A stretch of DNA of 64,000 bases from a virus, in IMG/VR virus record IMGVR_UViG_3300025942_000003, positions 3,213-67,212 of that record; one strand, 5' to 3'. The notes below the pieces were generated by a model, which saw nothing but the letters and a program-made list of their open reading frames with translations, searched no databases and was not told the origin of the DNA. The translations under genes were made by a program, and so were the position numbers. Below, piece after piece: positions 1-8,970 of this stretch; the first letter of the stretch is position 1; each line of letters opens with the position of its first letter.

Positions 1-38
1 TTTGCGGTATTTGTAATCTGGTAAACTCCTGTGTTCAT
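1..38 (-). CDS. Partial ORF (runs off the window), possible GIY-YIG endonuclease N-terminus
   Basis: ATG at 38 gives MNTGVYQITNTA..., resembling the GIY half-motif (G-[IV]-Y-x-I-x-N). Extended -10 TGaTATAAT at 48-56. Only 12 codons are visible. Confidence 0.3.
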   Translation of the reverse strand, partial: MNTGVYQITNTA

Positions 39-65
39 GGCCCGGGAATTATATCACTTTCCGCC

Positions 66-530
66 TTAGGCGATGCGGATAAGTCCCGTGCTTGCGTCAT
101 TTGTGGGCATCGTGAGCGTGAATGTACCTGATGTCACGGTTTGACTCCCAAAGACATGCACACTCACCGCCTTATCGCCCTGGGTTGAGTTGTAGATCAG
201 CACTGCATCGAACGCCGTGGAGAGCGTGACGTTCGTAAAGACAATCGAATTAGTTGGCGTTGTAAAGGCGGTGGTGCCTGACGTATTCGGCGCAATCCAA
301 TCAGGCGAACCCGTCAGATCCACGCCGCCAGCAGTGTAGTTTGTGCCGGTGACTTCACCGCTAGACGAATAGCCTGTAGTACCAGCACCTAATGAAGCTG
401 AGGCGAGATAAAGAGCAGCCTTAAAGGAATCTGGCGTAGTGCCTGCTCGTACAACAGAAGTTCCGAGCGCGTGAATGCCGTTAAGGATCTCTTTTTTGAA
501 ACTTGTGCAAAGACTTTGCGTGTTGCTAAT
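66..530 (-). CDS. Virion structural protein (beta-rich, head/neck region), ATT start proposed
   Basis: The frame is open from a TAA at 546-548 to 66. SD GGAGGT lies 5 nt before ATT at 530, giving (M)SNTQSLCTSFKKEILNG...FKAALY...NYTAGG...TFTLTMP..GLIRIA, a pattern I recognise from phage structural operons. Confidence 0.7.
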   Translation of the reverse strand: MSNTQSLCTSFKKEILNGIHALGTSVVRAGTTPDSFKAALYLASASLGAGTTGYSSSGEVTGTNYTAGGVDLTGSPDWIAPNTSGTTAFTTPTNSIVFTNVTLSTAFDAVLIYNSTQGDKAVSVHVFGSQTVTSGTFTLTMPTNDASTGLIRIA

Positions 531-568
531 GGCGCACCTCCGTGTTTAAGGCCAAATAGGTGAAATCT

Positions 569-760
569 TTAGAGCGGGGCTGCTATACCTTCTGTCGTTA
601 TATTCTTTTTCAATCTCACATGCGCAGAGCGATGGACCAACTCACCGTTGAAGTAGTATTCTACCCATGTTGTGTACTCGTCTTCATTGTCGACTTCGCC
701 CGTTCTTTTTTCGAGTAGGGACTCATCCATATCGCCGTGTGTAGTAGTGATAATTGCCAT
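569..760 (-). CDS. Small hypothetical protein of the head operon
   Basis: 63 aa, ATG 3 nt after the upstream stop; ...TWVEYYFNGELVHRSAHV... Confidence 0.65.
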   Translation of the reverse strand: MAIITTTHGDMDESLLEKRTGEVDNEDEYTTWVEYYFNGELVHRSAHVRLKKNITTEGIAAPL

Positions 761-763
761 TAT

Positions 764-2086
764 TTACGCAGCTACACTTTCGTCTTTCTTGCGCTTACGT
801 TGTTTGTTTTCATCAGGTGATTCGATTGCTTTATTCTCAGCCGGGGCAGCAACCGCTTTAGCCTGAGCATCAGTGTCAATCCATCCGTGCTCACGCGCTA
901 GCGCCTCTGGAACCGATGTACCTTTACCCGCGAATAGTGTTACCGCATCAACCGGGATGCGCTGATCATCTGTTGCTTTGTAGTTTCCATCGCGCAACTT
1001 CCATATCCATCGGTCACAAGTCCACATCTTCATAAGTTTGCCTTCTCCTGTCTGATAGCGCGCGATGGTTTCAATAAACGCCTGCTCCAGCCGATCAAAC
1101 TCTTTCTCCGGTTCGATCGATTCTACCAAGTCGAGTACCGCCTGTGAGCGCTGGTGATAATAGATGTCGTCAGTCAGCAAGCGTTCCACTTCATTGAACC
1201 ATGCGGCGATCTCGTTTCGATCAATGAAGATACCAGCATCGCCAAATGCCTCTTTAAGTCCGGGCGTAGGATGTGCAATAGTTGGAATCCCACAGCACGC
1301 AGCTTCAATACCTACACGGCCAAAGGACTCGTATTCGGAAGGCATTAGCAGGATCTTGGTTTGACGAAACACTTTGCGAATATCTGGGGTGTGGGCCATC
1401 CATGCGATATTGCCGCTGGCAGGGAGCGTGCCTCGATTCGGTGGGACATCAGGCGCAAGAATCATCTGCTCACCATAGCCGCCTTCGACTGCAAGAAACT
1501 TTCGATCGGGCAATAGCCGAGCTAGCGCCTTAAAAGTCTCTACGCCTTTACCTGGTGTTGGGTTAACGAGAGTAATCTTCGTCCCGCGCTCGCAAACGTA
1601 ATGCTCTTTCTCGACTACAGGATGAACAACTACCGATGGACCGACCCAATCACTCGGCATGGTAAAGCCGCCGTATGAACTGGACTTCGCTGCTAACCAA
1701 TGCGAGTTGTAAACGGTCAACGCATTCTTGTATGGCACTCGCGCATCTACTCGCCAACAGGCTAATTGAGCATCGTTATGGACGAAGTGTATTAAGGGAA
1801 TCTTAGTCGCCATTGCCAATGTCATTGCTTGGCTGGTGAGGTCAAGATGTGTCACCAAGAGATCCGAGTCACGCACATACCACTCTAACCATGATTGCAA
1901 GCCTCGGCGCGGAGGACGGACAACACTGATGCCGTCAATTTCGTAAGGCGCAGTCTTGCTATTCGCGCAGATCACCTTTACCTCATGGCCGCGTCGTGCT
2001 AAAGAACGTAGCGCCGCATGGAGCGTGGTTTCACTGCCAGCACAGTGTTCAGGCGGGAAAAGATGGATTAGAGCGGTGATCTTCAT
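764..2086 (-). CDS. GT4 (GT-B fold) glycosyltransferase with a C-terminal small basic phage-protein extension
   Basis: N-terminal GSETTLH, C-terminal LMPSEYESFGRVGIEAACCGIP (Ex7E motif of GT4). The last ~90 aa are unrelated and have their own in-frame SD/ATG at 1033. Confidence 0.85.
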   Translation of the reverse strand: MKITALIHLFPPEHCAGSETTLHAALRSLARRGHEVKVICANSKTAPYEIDGISVVRPPRRGLQSWLEWYVRDSDLLVTHLDLTSQAMTLAMATKIPLIHFVHNDAQLACWRVDARVPYKNALTVYNSHWLAAKSSSYGGFTMPSDWVGPSVVVHPVVEKEHYVCERGTKITLVNPTPGKGVETFKALARLLPDRKFLAVEGGYGEQMILAPDVPPNRGTLPASGNIAWMAHTPDIRKVFRQTKILLMPSEYESFGRVGIEAACCGIPTIAHPTPGLKEAFGDAGIFIDRNEIAAWFNEVERLLTDDIYYHQRSQAVLDLVESIEPEKEFDRLEQAFIETIARYQTGEGKLMKMWTCDRWIWKLRDGNYKATDDQRIPVDAVTLFAGKGTSVPEALAREHGWIDTDAQAKAVAAPAENKAIESPDENKQRKRKKDESVAA

Positions 2087-2174
2087 AAAAGTTGGTGGCG
2101 GCTCCATCTTCCACGGGTTAAGAAGAAGCCGCCTGCTCGATGAACGGGCTGTTGTGCGCCGTCACGAGATCTAA

Positions 2175-3506
2175 CTAGCTGTTTGCTCCAGCATGGAGGT
2201 CAATCTTCACTACTGCCGGCGGACGAAGCACACCGAACGCCCATCGGCCCTCATACAAGATGTCGATGATATTGCGTTCAAAGTGATCGCGGTTTGAGTC
2301 GGTGATATAGACCGTGGGATCTTGGCGGTCCCACACTACCAACTGTTTCAGGTCGCCAGTGTAACCAGTGCCCTGTGGAATAACTTCCGACTCAATTACC
2401 GGCAAACCCCAGAGCATCTTCGTTCCCATCTGCATTGGGCCACCAAAGTAGAACTGCCCCTGTGCACCGCGCGCCAGATCAATTGTTTCCCAATCGTACG
2501 GATTGAGCAGGAAGCCGGTTGAGCGTGCGCGGCCTGTAATTAGCGCCGCCGTGCGCGCCTTGCGGGTTGTCGTCAACAGTCCGCCGGTTGTGTCTTCTGA
2601 ATCGGCGACAAATGGTTGCGGCGTCAGGTTCGGCGTGTTCTCGAGTCCGGTAAAGTGGTTTGCCCCACCTGGTCCAGCGATGATTTCCTCCTCGAGCTCG
2701 AGATCAATGTCCTTCCGCATGAACTCGGTCATCATTGATTGGAGCTGCGGGTAGTCGGCCAGAATCGTTCGGGTCGCATTCATGATAACCGCGATGGTCT
2801 TAACCGCCGTCTGCACCACTTCCAGCGACATAGCCGCTTTCGGCTTGAGTGCGGCATCATCGGTTAGTGACGTTGCCTCGGGCACGATCTTCGCCGCGCG
2901 TGTCAACGCATTAACCCGCACGTACTCAATTAAGTTCGAGCCTGTTTGCAGGATGGTGATCACATCGCGGATTGAAGGCGTTCGGAGTGGCAAGTCAATC
3001 GGCCACGGCCCATAATCACGTCGAACGAGCGAGCCGCCAGCCGATCCCGGCACGGTCATTACCAGCGTATCCTTGAATGATAAGCTGCCAAGGCCGACAT
3101 CTTTCAATGAGATTGTCGGAGAGCGTCCAAACTGCACCGACATACTCATCTCTTTGCCTTCCGGGGCAATCTGTTTGCGCCACTGAGTAAATTCGGGAGC
3201 GCTGAAAACCAATTCGCCGGTTGATTTCAGTTCGGGGTCGTTGCCGTTCGTCGGATTGCCATAGTCAGGTTGGTGAAGTGGCTGCGAGAGGTAAGTCTCA
3301 ATTGCTTTCAATTGTTTACTTCTATCGGCAAATTTGTTCTCTTCATCAACCTGGGCTTTCAGGTCTTCAATCTCTTTCCACCGGGCATCAAGCTCGGCGT
3401 TCTGCTCAGTTGTGACAGTGGCGTCTCCCTGCTTTGCCCAGAACGCTTTTTCGGCGTCGGCGAGCTCTTTTAGTCGCTGAGTGGCGGTCTTTTTCTCTTC
3501 GGGCAT
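2175..3506 (-). CDS. Major capsid protein, HK97 fold, with N-terminal coiled-coil delta domain
   Basis: Follows the protease. AKIVPEA...KPKAAMSLE..., LWGLPVIES, DHFERNIIDILYEGRWAFGVLRP. SD AGGAG before ATG at 3506. Confidence 0.95.
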   Translation of the reverse strand: MPEEKKTATQRLKELADAEKAFWAKQGDATVTTEQNAELDARWKEIEDLKAQVDEENKFADRSKQLKAIETYLSQPLHQPDYGNPTNGNDPELKSTGELVFSAPEFTQWRKQIAPEGKEMSMSVQFGRSPTISLKDVGLGSLSFKDTLVMTVPGSAGGSLVRRDYGPWPIDLPLRTPSIRDVITILQTGSNLIEYVRVNALTRAAKIVPEATSLTDDAALKPKAAMSLEVVQTAVKTIAVIMNATRTILADYPQLQSMMTEFMRKDIDLELEEEIIAGPGGANHFTGLENTPNLTPQPFVADSEDTTGGLLTTTRKARTAALITGRARSTGFLLNPYDWETIDLARGAQGQFYFGGPMQMGTKMLWGLPVIESEVIPQGTGYTGDLKQLVVWDRQDPTVYITDSNRDHFERNIIDILYEGRWAFGVLRPPAVVKIDLHAGANS

Positions 3507-3526
3507 CGAATAAAACTCCTTCTCCA

Positions 3527-4588
3527 TTAGGCAGCGTCAACACCAGCCAGTAAAGCCAGACTTTGTGCACGCCGCGATTGAGTCCTTAGCACATCCACGT
3601 CGATCTCTTTCTCTTTAGGCTTCGGTTCGCTCATCGCCAATAGCGCATCAAGATCTCCCATTAATACCGTGAGAGAATCTTTGCACTTTTGTACGGTGGC
3701 GCGATTTGAAGCAGAGAGAACGCGGCCCTCTTTCACGCGGGCCTCGTGGTTGCGCTGCATATTTTCGATAAACTTCTTCAACGCAGCGGGTGCCGCTTTA
3801 TCGAAGGACTCAAAGGATTCGGATGCCGTGATCTCTTTGAGGTAAAACTCATCATCAGAACTGTTTAGAAATTCTTCAATCTGTGCTGTGACCAGCGGGA
3901 TCATTGTCGGCGGGTATTCGTTAAAGGCTTCTGTCACTTTCGCCTTCCAGTCGATCACCACGCCGGTTGTGCCAGAGTCTTTTGCTGTCTCAGCAATCTT
4001 TCGGATTACACGGCGAAGGGCTGACTCAACCTCCCAAGTGGAAGGAGTCGTTTGGGCCATCTCTTCAGCAAGCATGCCCTTGGCTGCGTCAGACTTGATC
4101 GAAATGAGTGCGGTTTGATCATTCATTCCCACCAGCACCGGGCTCCACTCTTTCCAGTCGCCCTTGATCAATTCTCGAACACCTGACTCTTTATCCTTTT
4201 TGTCTTCGATTACTGAGTAGCCGATAGAGAATTCATCAACGATCCCGAACTTGATATCAGAGTAGGCTTCGCGCCCGCGTTGTGTATCAAGATTGAATTG
4301 GCCCTTAATGTAAGCGCCGCCTAATGTTTTGAGCGAAGCGGGTAACAAAGGATCGCCTGGAAGCAACTCCTTCGCTTCCAGTGTCTTCGCAATCGGCTGT
4401 TTCCAATCATGTGCCCACACGCCTTTAGGCAGCTTCTTCTCGATTGACTTAGCAAAAAAGCCCGGCATTACTTTCTCATTGCCGAGATCTACGTTTGAGA
4501 AGACGCTGACAATGGCCTCGATTACTCCAGCCTGATCGTTAGCTACCTTCATATCGGCGACTGAGTAAGATTTGCGCTCGATTTGCAT
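3527..4588 (-). CDS. HK97-family prohead protease (S78) with C-terminal extension
   Basis: SVFSNVDLGNEKVMPGFF, WAHDWKQPI (His), FSIGY (Ser), EWSPVLVGMN, KEGRVLSASN. Confidence 0.92.
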   Translation of the reverse strand: MQIERKSYSVADMKVANDQAGVIEAIVSVFSNVDLGNEKVMPGFFAKSIEKKLPKGVWAHDWKQPIAKTLEAKELLPGDPLLPASLKTLGGAYIKGQFNLDTQRGREAYSDIKFGIVDEFSIGYSVIEDKKDKESGVRELIKGDWKEWSPVLVGMNDQTALISIKSDAAKGMLAEEMAQTTPSTWEVESALRRVIRKIAETAKDSGTTGVVIDWKAKVTEAFNEYPPTMIPLVTAQIEEFLNSSDDEFYLKEITASESFESFDKAAPAALKKFIENMQRNHEARVKEGRVLSASNRATVQKCKDSLTVLMGDLDALLAMSEPKPKEKEIDVDVLRTQSRRAQSLALLAGVDAA

Positions 4589-4609
4589 TTGGTTCCAAGC
4601 AATGGAAAA

Positions 4610-4645
4610 GCCCGCGCTAATTCTCGTTAAGAGAACCAGGCGGGC
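4610..4645 (-). promoter_or_regulatory. Stem-loop plus U-tract in the protease 5' leader (terminator or translational operator)
   Basis: Minus strand GCCCGC-CTGGTTCTC-TTAAC-GAGAATTAG-C-GCGGGC followed by TTTT, ~20 nt before the ATG, with no strong SD. Confidence 0.5.
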
Positions 4646-4698
4646 GGTTTCGGTCAACTTACTGCCGAACTTGACTCGCGATCGATTTTACAAAATAG

Positions 4699-4869
4699 CT
4701 ACACTCGTTCCTTCAATTGACGAAGCGATTTGCTCAACCCTTCCAACTGTCGCGCCATGCGATCAATTTCTCGGCGCGCATTCTGATTAACCCCCTGCTG
4801 CGGTTTCGGCAACGGTACTGTTTGAGAATTCAGGAGCGGCGACGGCTTATCAGGGGATTGTTGGCTCAT
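4699..4869 (-). CDS. Small hypothetical protein (56 aa; not in the ORF track)
   Basis: MSQQSPDKPS...RQLEGLSKSLRQLKERV*, preceded by an extended -10-like TGcTAAACT at ~4880-4888. Confidence 0.45.
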   Translation of the reverse strand: MSQQSPDKPSPLLNSQTVPLPKPQQGVNQNARREIDRMARQLEGLSKSLRQLKERV

Positions 4870-4917
4870 TCCAGCGCGGAGTTTAGCACAAGTTGATTAA
4901 CACAATGCAACGATTTA

Positions 4918-5202
4918 TTACGCATTGAGCCATCGTGCGGCTAATTCGCGCATCTTTGCAGGACAATAAGCACGCGGATTCAGATTGCCGCAATACTCGC
5001 AAAGCATGAGGTTGTAGCTGATATTGAAGGCTTTCCCACTGAGAATTGAGAAGCCGTCACGCTCAGAATGTCGCCCTCGTCCACTTGCCTGCTGGCGTGT
5101 CATGTGGCAGGCGAGTAGAGACTCGTCAAGGTTATTAGCGCGGACCAGTTCAAGGAGCGCTGCTTCTTCATGCTTCGGGAGTGGTTGGAGTGCTTGGTTC
5201 AC
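4918..5202 (-). CDS. Hypothetical protein with CxxC
   Basis: Co-oriented 94 aa ORF, tightly packed with its neighbours. Confidence 0.5.
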   Translation of the reverse strand: MNQALQPLPKHEEAALLELVRANNLDESLLACHMTRQQASGRGRHSERDGFSILSGKAFNISYNLMLCEYCGNLNPRAYCPAKMRELAARWLNA

Positions 5203-5205
5203 TGC

Positions 5206-5475
5206 TCAGTAAATCGACTTAATTTCATTCAGTGGTAATTTGTCATTGAAGACAATTTCGATGCCCCATAACGTAGAAGATGGGCTTGAGCGGGGTATCA
5301 AATCAAACTTTCGCTCGATCGCGCTTAGTGTTAAACGGCTCATCTCGAATCGCTTGGGAGTAAGCATCTGCTTGCGCCTAATATCCTGAAGCAAGGCAAA
5401 TAGCTTCACTAAATCCGGGGAGCCATTATCGGAGTCGTCCGAAGTGTAAGTTACGTCCAGTTGATTACCCTCCAA
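5206..5475 (-). CDS. Hypothetical protein
   Basis: Co-oriented and overlaps the GT11 stop; ...LWGIEIVFNDKLP. Start uncertain. Confidence 0.5.
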   Translation of the reverse strand: MEGNQLDVTYTSDDSDNGSPDLVKLFALLQDIRRKQMLTPKRFEMSRLTLSAIERKFDLIPRSSPSSTLWGIEIVFNDKLPLNEIKSIY

Positions 5476-6200
5476 TCAAGACTATAAATATCCTCACCTG
5501 TTATTTGCGTGTAACTCGGGCCAAACCACGGACGAGGCGCAACAACTTGTTTATTAGGCGCATCGCTCAGCACTGCGGCGATTGCTCCATAGCTGCTATT
5601 GCCAATAATGAACCGCGAACAGGCTTTGAGCAACTTGAAATCTTCAAGATAGTCGCGACCCTCGCTATATTCGACATCACGGCCGAACATTCGCTTGCAA
5701 TCTTCAATGTCGTCACTGAATACGAAATACGGACCGGCAACGTGTTTCATTGCTTCGTAGTAGTACGATGTGGGTATTCGCGGGTGGTAGCCTCCATTAT
5801 AATCTCCGCGCCTGACATGAATACCGCAGTAATTACTGCGGGGATATTCACCAACCATGCGCAATTGCCATCTAACCTCGTCAATCGCGTGTTCAAAGAA
5901 TTTCTCTGATTGCATGTGTCCGCTAAGACTGACGCTTTCAGTTAATACGACATCGCGATAGCCCCAATGAACGAAGTAATCAGGTAGCGATGGTCCACTG
6001 TAACGCGGCAGGGGATTAACGAAGTATTTCCCAACGTCAATGTCGCCACTGTAGCCGAGGCGTTGGTGATCGAAATTCTGCCATTCAGGAAATGCGTAGT
6101 CAGCATTATTCCTTCTGGCTGTCCCTATCGTTGATGCTATTTGATAGAGCTGGTTGGCCCATCGGCCATAATTTCCCAACGCAGAAAAGGTCACTATCAC
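5451..6200 (-). CDS. Alpha-1,2-fucosyltransferase, GT11 family
   Basis: GRWANQLYQ (GxLGNQMFQ-like), GHMQSEKFF, IHVRRGDY, VFSDD, NSSYG, VVAPRPWF. Confidence 0.9.
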   Translation of the reverse strand: MIVTFSALGNYGRWANQLYQIASTIGTARRNNADYAFPEWQNFDHQRLGYSGDIDVGKYFVNPLPRYSGPSLPDYFVHWGYRDVVLTESVSLSGHMQSEKFFEHAIDEVRWQLRMVGEYPRSNYCGIHVRRGDYNGGYHPRIPTSYYYEAMKHVAGPYFVFSDDIEDCKRMFGRDVEYSEGRDYLEDFKLLKACSRFIIGNSSYGAIAAVLSDAPNKQVVAPRPWFGPSYTQITGEDIYSLDWRVINWT

Positions 6201-7156
6201 AAGAGTTCGCTCCGCACTGGATGCACTTCGCCTCCCCCTGGTCCAATTGTTCCCAGATGTGCGCGATACCAGTCGAAGGTTGAGCGGAGTCCGTCATAGA
6301 GAGAGATTTTAGCATGCCAGCCAAGAGCGTTGATGCGGGAACTGTCGAGCAGTTTGCGGGGCGGGCCATCGGGCTTGGTTGAGTCAAAGCGAATCTCACC
6401 ACGATAGCCAACTACTTCTGCAATCATGTGCGCCAACTCGCAGATCGTTACTTCCTGCCCAGAACCGACATTAATTATCTCCGCATCGTTGTATTCAGCC
6501 ATCAGCATGATAAGAGCGTCCGCGAGATCGTCAACGTGCATGAATTCTCGCAACGCCTTACCCGTTCCCCAGAGAGTAACGGCCGGCAATTCGGCTAAGG
6601 TTGCGCGGTACAACTTCGACATTAGTGATGGAATAACGTGCGCATCAACAGAATCGAAGTGATCCTTAGGCCCATAGAGGTTTGTGGGCATGGCACAGAT
6701 GGCATTGAATCCATGCTGGCGACGATAGGCTTGGCAGAGTTTAATCCCGGCGATCTTAGCAATAGCGTAAGGCTCATTAGTTGGCTCCAGTGAGCCTGTA
6801 AGCAGAGCGGATTCTTTCATGGGCTGTGCTGCGTTACGCGGGTAGATGCAGGAGGAGCCGAGGAAGAGAAGTTTGTTCACGCTGTAGTAATACGCCGCGC
6901 TGATTACGTTGGTTTGGATTTCCAGGTTGTCCTGAATAAATACGGTAGGGTAAGTACTATTCGCGTGGATACCGCCCACTCTGGCAGCAACGAGATATAT
7001 CTGATCGATCTTATTGTCAAAAAAGAATTCGTGGACGGCACTCTGACTCCTCAGGTCAAGCTGCTTACGAGTTCGTGCGCCTGCGTTAGGTATCCGTCGC
7101 AGCAACGCACTGCCGACGAGTCCGGTATGACCTGCGATGTAAGTTGTGCTAGCGAT
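6197..7156 (-). CDS. fcl: GDP-L-fucose synthase (epimerase/reductase), ATC start proposed
   Basis: YIAGHTGLVGSAL Rossmann motif lies upstream of the listed TTG. Also AARVGGIHAN, FLGSSCIYP, EPYAIAK (YxxxK), MPTNLYGP, WGTGKALREFMHVDD, KPDGPPRK. Confidence 0.95.
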   Translation of the reverse strand: MASTTYIAGHTGLVGSALLRRIPNAGARTRKQLDLRSQSAVHEFFFDNKIDQIYLVAARVGGIHANSTYPTVFIQDNLEIQTNVISAAYYYSVNKLLFLGSSCIYPRNAAQPMKESALLTGSLEPTNEPYAIAKIAGIKLCQAYRRQHGFNAICAMPTNLYGPKDHFDSVDAHVIPSLMSKLYRATLAELPAVTLWGTGKALREFMHVDDLADALIMLMAEYNDAEIINVGSGQEVTICELAHMIAEVVGYRGEIRFDSTKPDGPPRKLLDSSRINALGWHAKISLYDGLRSTFDWYRAHLGTIGPGGGEVHPVRSELL

Positions 7157-7328
7157 AGCGTTCGCGCTCCTTGCACTCGAAACTCAACCGATAGAACGCA
7201 AGAGCTAAGTGGTAAATACAGATCTTGGTCCAGAACTCCGCTTCCCTTGTGTAACCAAAGAACACATGACGCTCTACTGCCTTGGCGAAGACCGCCGCGT
7301 GGTACATGTGATATTTTGAGTCGGTCAC
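7149..7328 (-). CDS. Small hypothetical protein (59 aa)
   Basis: GTG overlaps the upstream TGA; its TAG overlaps the proposed fcl ATC start. Confidence 0.45.
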   Translation of the reverse strand: MTDSKYHMYHAAVFAKAVERHVFFGYTREAEFWTKICIYHLALAFYRLSFECKERERYR

Positions 7329-7456
7329 GCTCTTTCCTTATCACAACTACCTACTTGCTGATTACCCTCCAGTGTCTTAATGCGTCTTTCAAGACGGGCT
7401 ATCCAAAGCGTCAGTCCGGCCACGATGAAGAACAGCCATAAGATATAGAAGGCCAT
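7325..7456 (-). CDS. Small single-TM membrane protein
   Basis: MAFYILWLFFIVAGLTLWIARLERR... Confidence 0.45.
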   Translation of the reverse strand: MAFYILWLFFIVAGLTLWIARLERRIKTLEGNQQVGSCDKERA

Positions 7457-7463
7457 ACCAAAA

Positions 7464-8093
7464 TCATCCTTGCGATATCCAGCCCCGATTAAAGTACAAC
7501 TCCCACTCGAGCAACGGATGCGGCCCACACTCGGGAAACAGATGTCCGTATTCCTGTCTACATAGAATGAGATTGCCAGTATGACAAATAACCAAATAGC
7601 CCCGCTCTAACGCAGCAACCGTCATAGTCCAATAGCCTACTCCACCATCTGAATTAACACGTTCGCTTGGTGGTTCGATAGATGAGTCGATTTCTACTAT
7701 AACGATCTTTGGGCGGGCTTGCATTCCGCAGAAGATCTCGTAGTCGGAGCCATCGGTATCGATCGACAAAAGATCGCAATCATCATCGACGAAGGCGTTG
7801 ACGTTGCGCCCATCTACGCGGGAGCATTGTATTCGCACCAATGGATTGTGCTTCCAGTTTGATTTGCACTGTTGATAGAGAGCGTAGTCGGCCTCGACAA
7901 ATAGGCCAGTTACGACTGCGGTATCGCTCTCAATTACCATCGCTGTGTTGGAACAGAATCGACCATCGTGAGCACCGATCTCTACGCAGTGAAAGATGCT
8001 GATGCCGCGCCTCTGACATTCAGACAGTATTCCCTCTTCACCATTTTGTGAGTAGTGGTAATTCTTTGCGTATTTGTGTAAGAAGTTAAGCAT
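7464..8093 (-). CDS. FkbM-like SAM-dependent methyltransferase
   Basis: YSQNGEEGI, VEIGAHDG..SNT, DLLSIDTDGSDY, RPKIVIVE, GYLVICHTGN. Confidence 0.8.
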   Translation of the reverse strand: MLNFLHKYAKNYHYSQNGEEGILSECQRRGISIFHCVEIGAHDGRFCSNTAMVIESDTAVVTGLFVEADYALYQQCKSNWKHNPLVRIQCSRVDGRNVNAFVDDDCDLLSIDTDGSDYEIFCGMQARPKIVIVEIDSSIEPPSERVNSDGGVGYWTMTVAALERGYLVICHTGNLILCRQEYGHLFPECGPHPLLEWELYFNRGWISQG

Positions 8094-8970
8094 AATGGGC
8101 GTGGTGTCCATAACCGCTAAGATCTTCCATGGGCCACTCGTGATTACGTTTGCGATGGTGAGAAAAGAGCACGGGATACTCGTCTCCCGCATACTCTGGT
8201 AACTTCTCATAAACAAACTCGGGCGATCCGCCTCTGTTGTAAACTGCGGGCCACCAATGCAATTTAATTCGTTCTCTATATGCCAATGTGGTTAGGATTG
8301 CTTGATCGTGTCGGTTCTCTCTGAACTCTGGATGGTTAGGTGCTCGGGATGGTGAATCATCTATCAGTCTTCCGCCTTCAAAGAGGCACCACTTCAACCA
8401 TTCAGCAACAAACTGTCTTGAGTATTCAGAGACGCGAAAGAAGATTACTGAGGCTTGGCACTGCTTGCCGAAACGATCAAATGCGGCTATCGCCTGTTGG
8501 CGACTAAACCCGTTATTCCGATTATCTGTATCCATCTTCTCGATTCTGCTCTGCCATTGATCGCCCGTAAGCGGCCAAATCTCTTCAACAATATCTCGCT
8601 TACACCAGTGCGCATGTTCATAATTATTTCCGAATAGAAAGATGTTCTGATCCATTCGATCTATTATGTGATTCACATTGTTGATGAACTCGACTCCGAC
8701 ATCGGCGTAAACAACTACGTGATTTGGATTCGGCCCGTCAAACAACTGGCAGATGCGATCAAGGATAATGAACGGCTTCCACGCCCAGTACCCAACTCCG
8801 CGAGGTTTGTCAAATAGCTTTCCGTGCTCTCGGTAGATCTTCGTGTTGTGTAATTCATCTAAGCGCCAGTCGAAGACCGTATCTACGCCGTGCCGCCTTG
8901 CGCTCACCGTACACAACTCACGCGAGCGGCTCATGCTTTCATCTGAGAATGTAACGAGATGGGCTATCAT
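8086..8970 (-). CDS. Putative GT-A-type glycosyltransferase
   Basis: GVGYWAWKPFII, VVYADVG (DxD-like), QCQAS, ENRHDQAIL; located inside the sugar cluster. Confidence 0.6.
   Translation of the reverse strand: MIAHLVTFSDESMSRSRELCTVSARRHGVDTVFDWRLDELHNTKIYREHGKLFDKPRGVGYWAWKPFIILDRICQLFDGPNPNHVVVYADVGVEFINNVNHIIDRMDQNIFLFGNNYEHAHWCKRDIVEEIWPLTGDQWQSRIEKMDTDNRNNGFSRQQAIAAFDRFGKQCQASVIFFRVSEYSRQFVAEWLKWCLFEGGRLIDDSPSRAPNHPEFRENRHDQAILTTLAYRERIKLHWWPAVYNRGGSPEFVYEKLPEYAGDEYPVLFSHHRKRNHEWPMEDLSGYGHHAHYA

Noticed and set aside
7051-7344. 97-aa ORF as a frameshifted fcl N-terminus
   Set aside because: The Rossmann motif is already in frame with fcl, so no frameshift is needed; this ORF has no fcl-like sequence.
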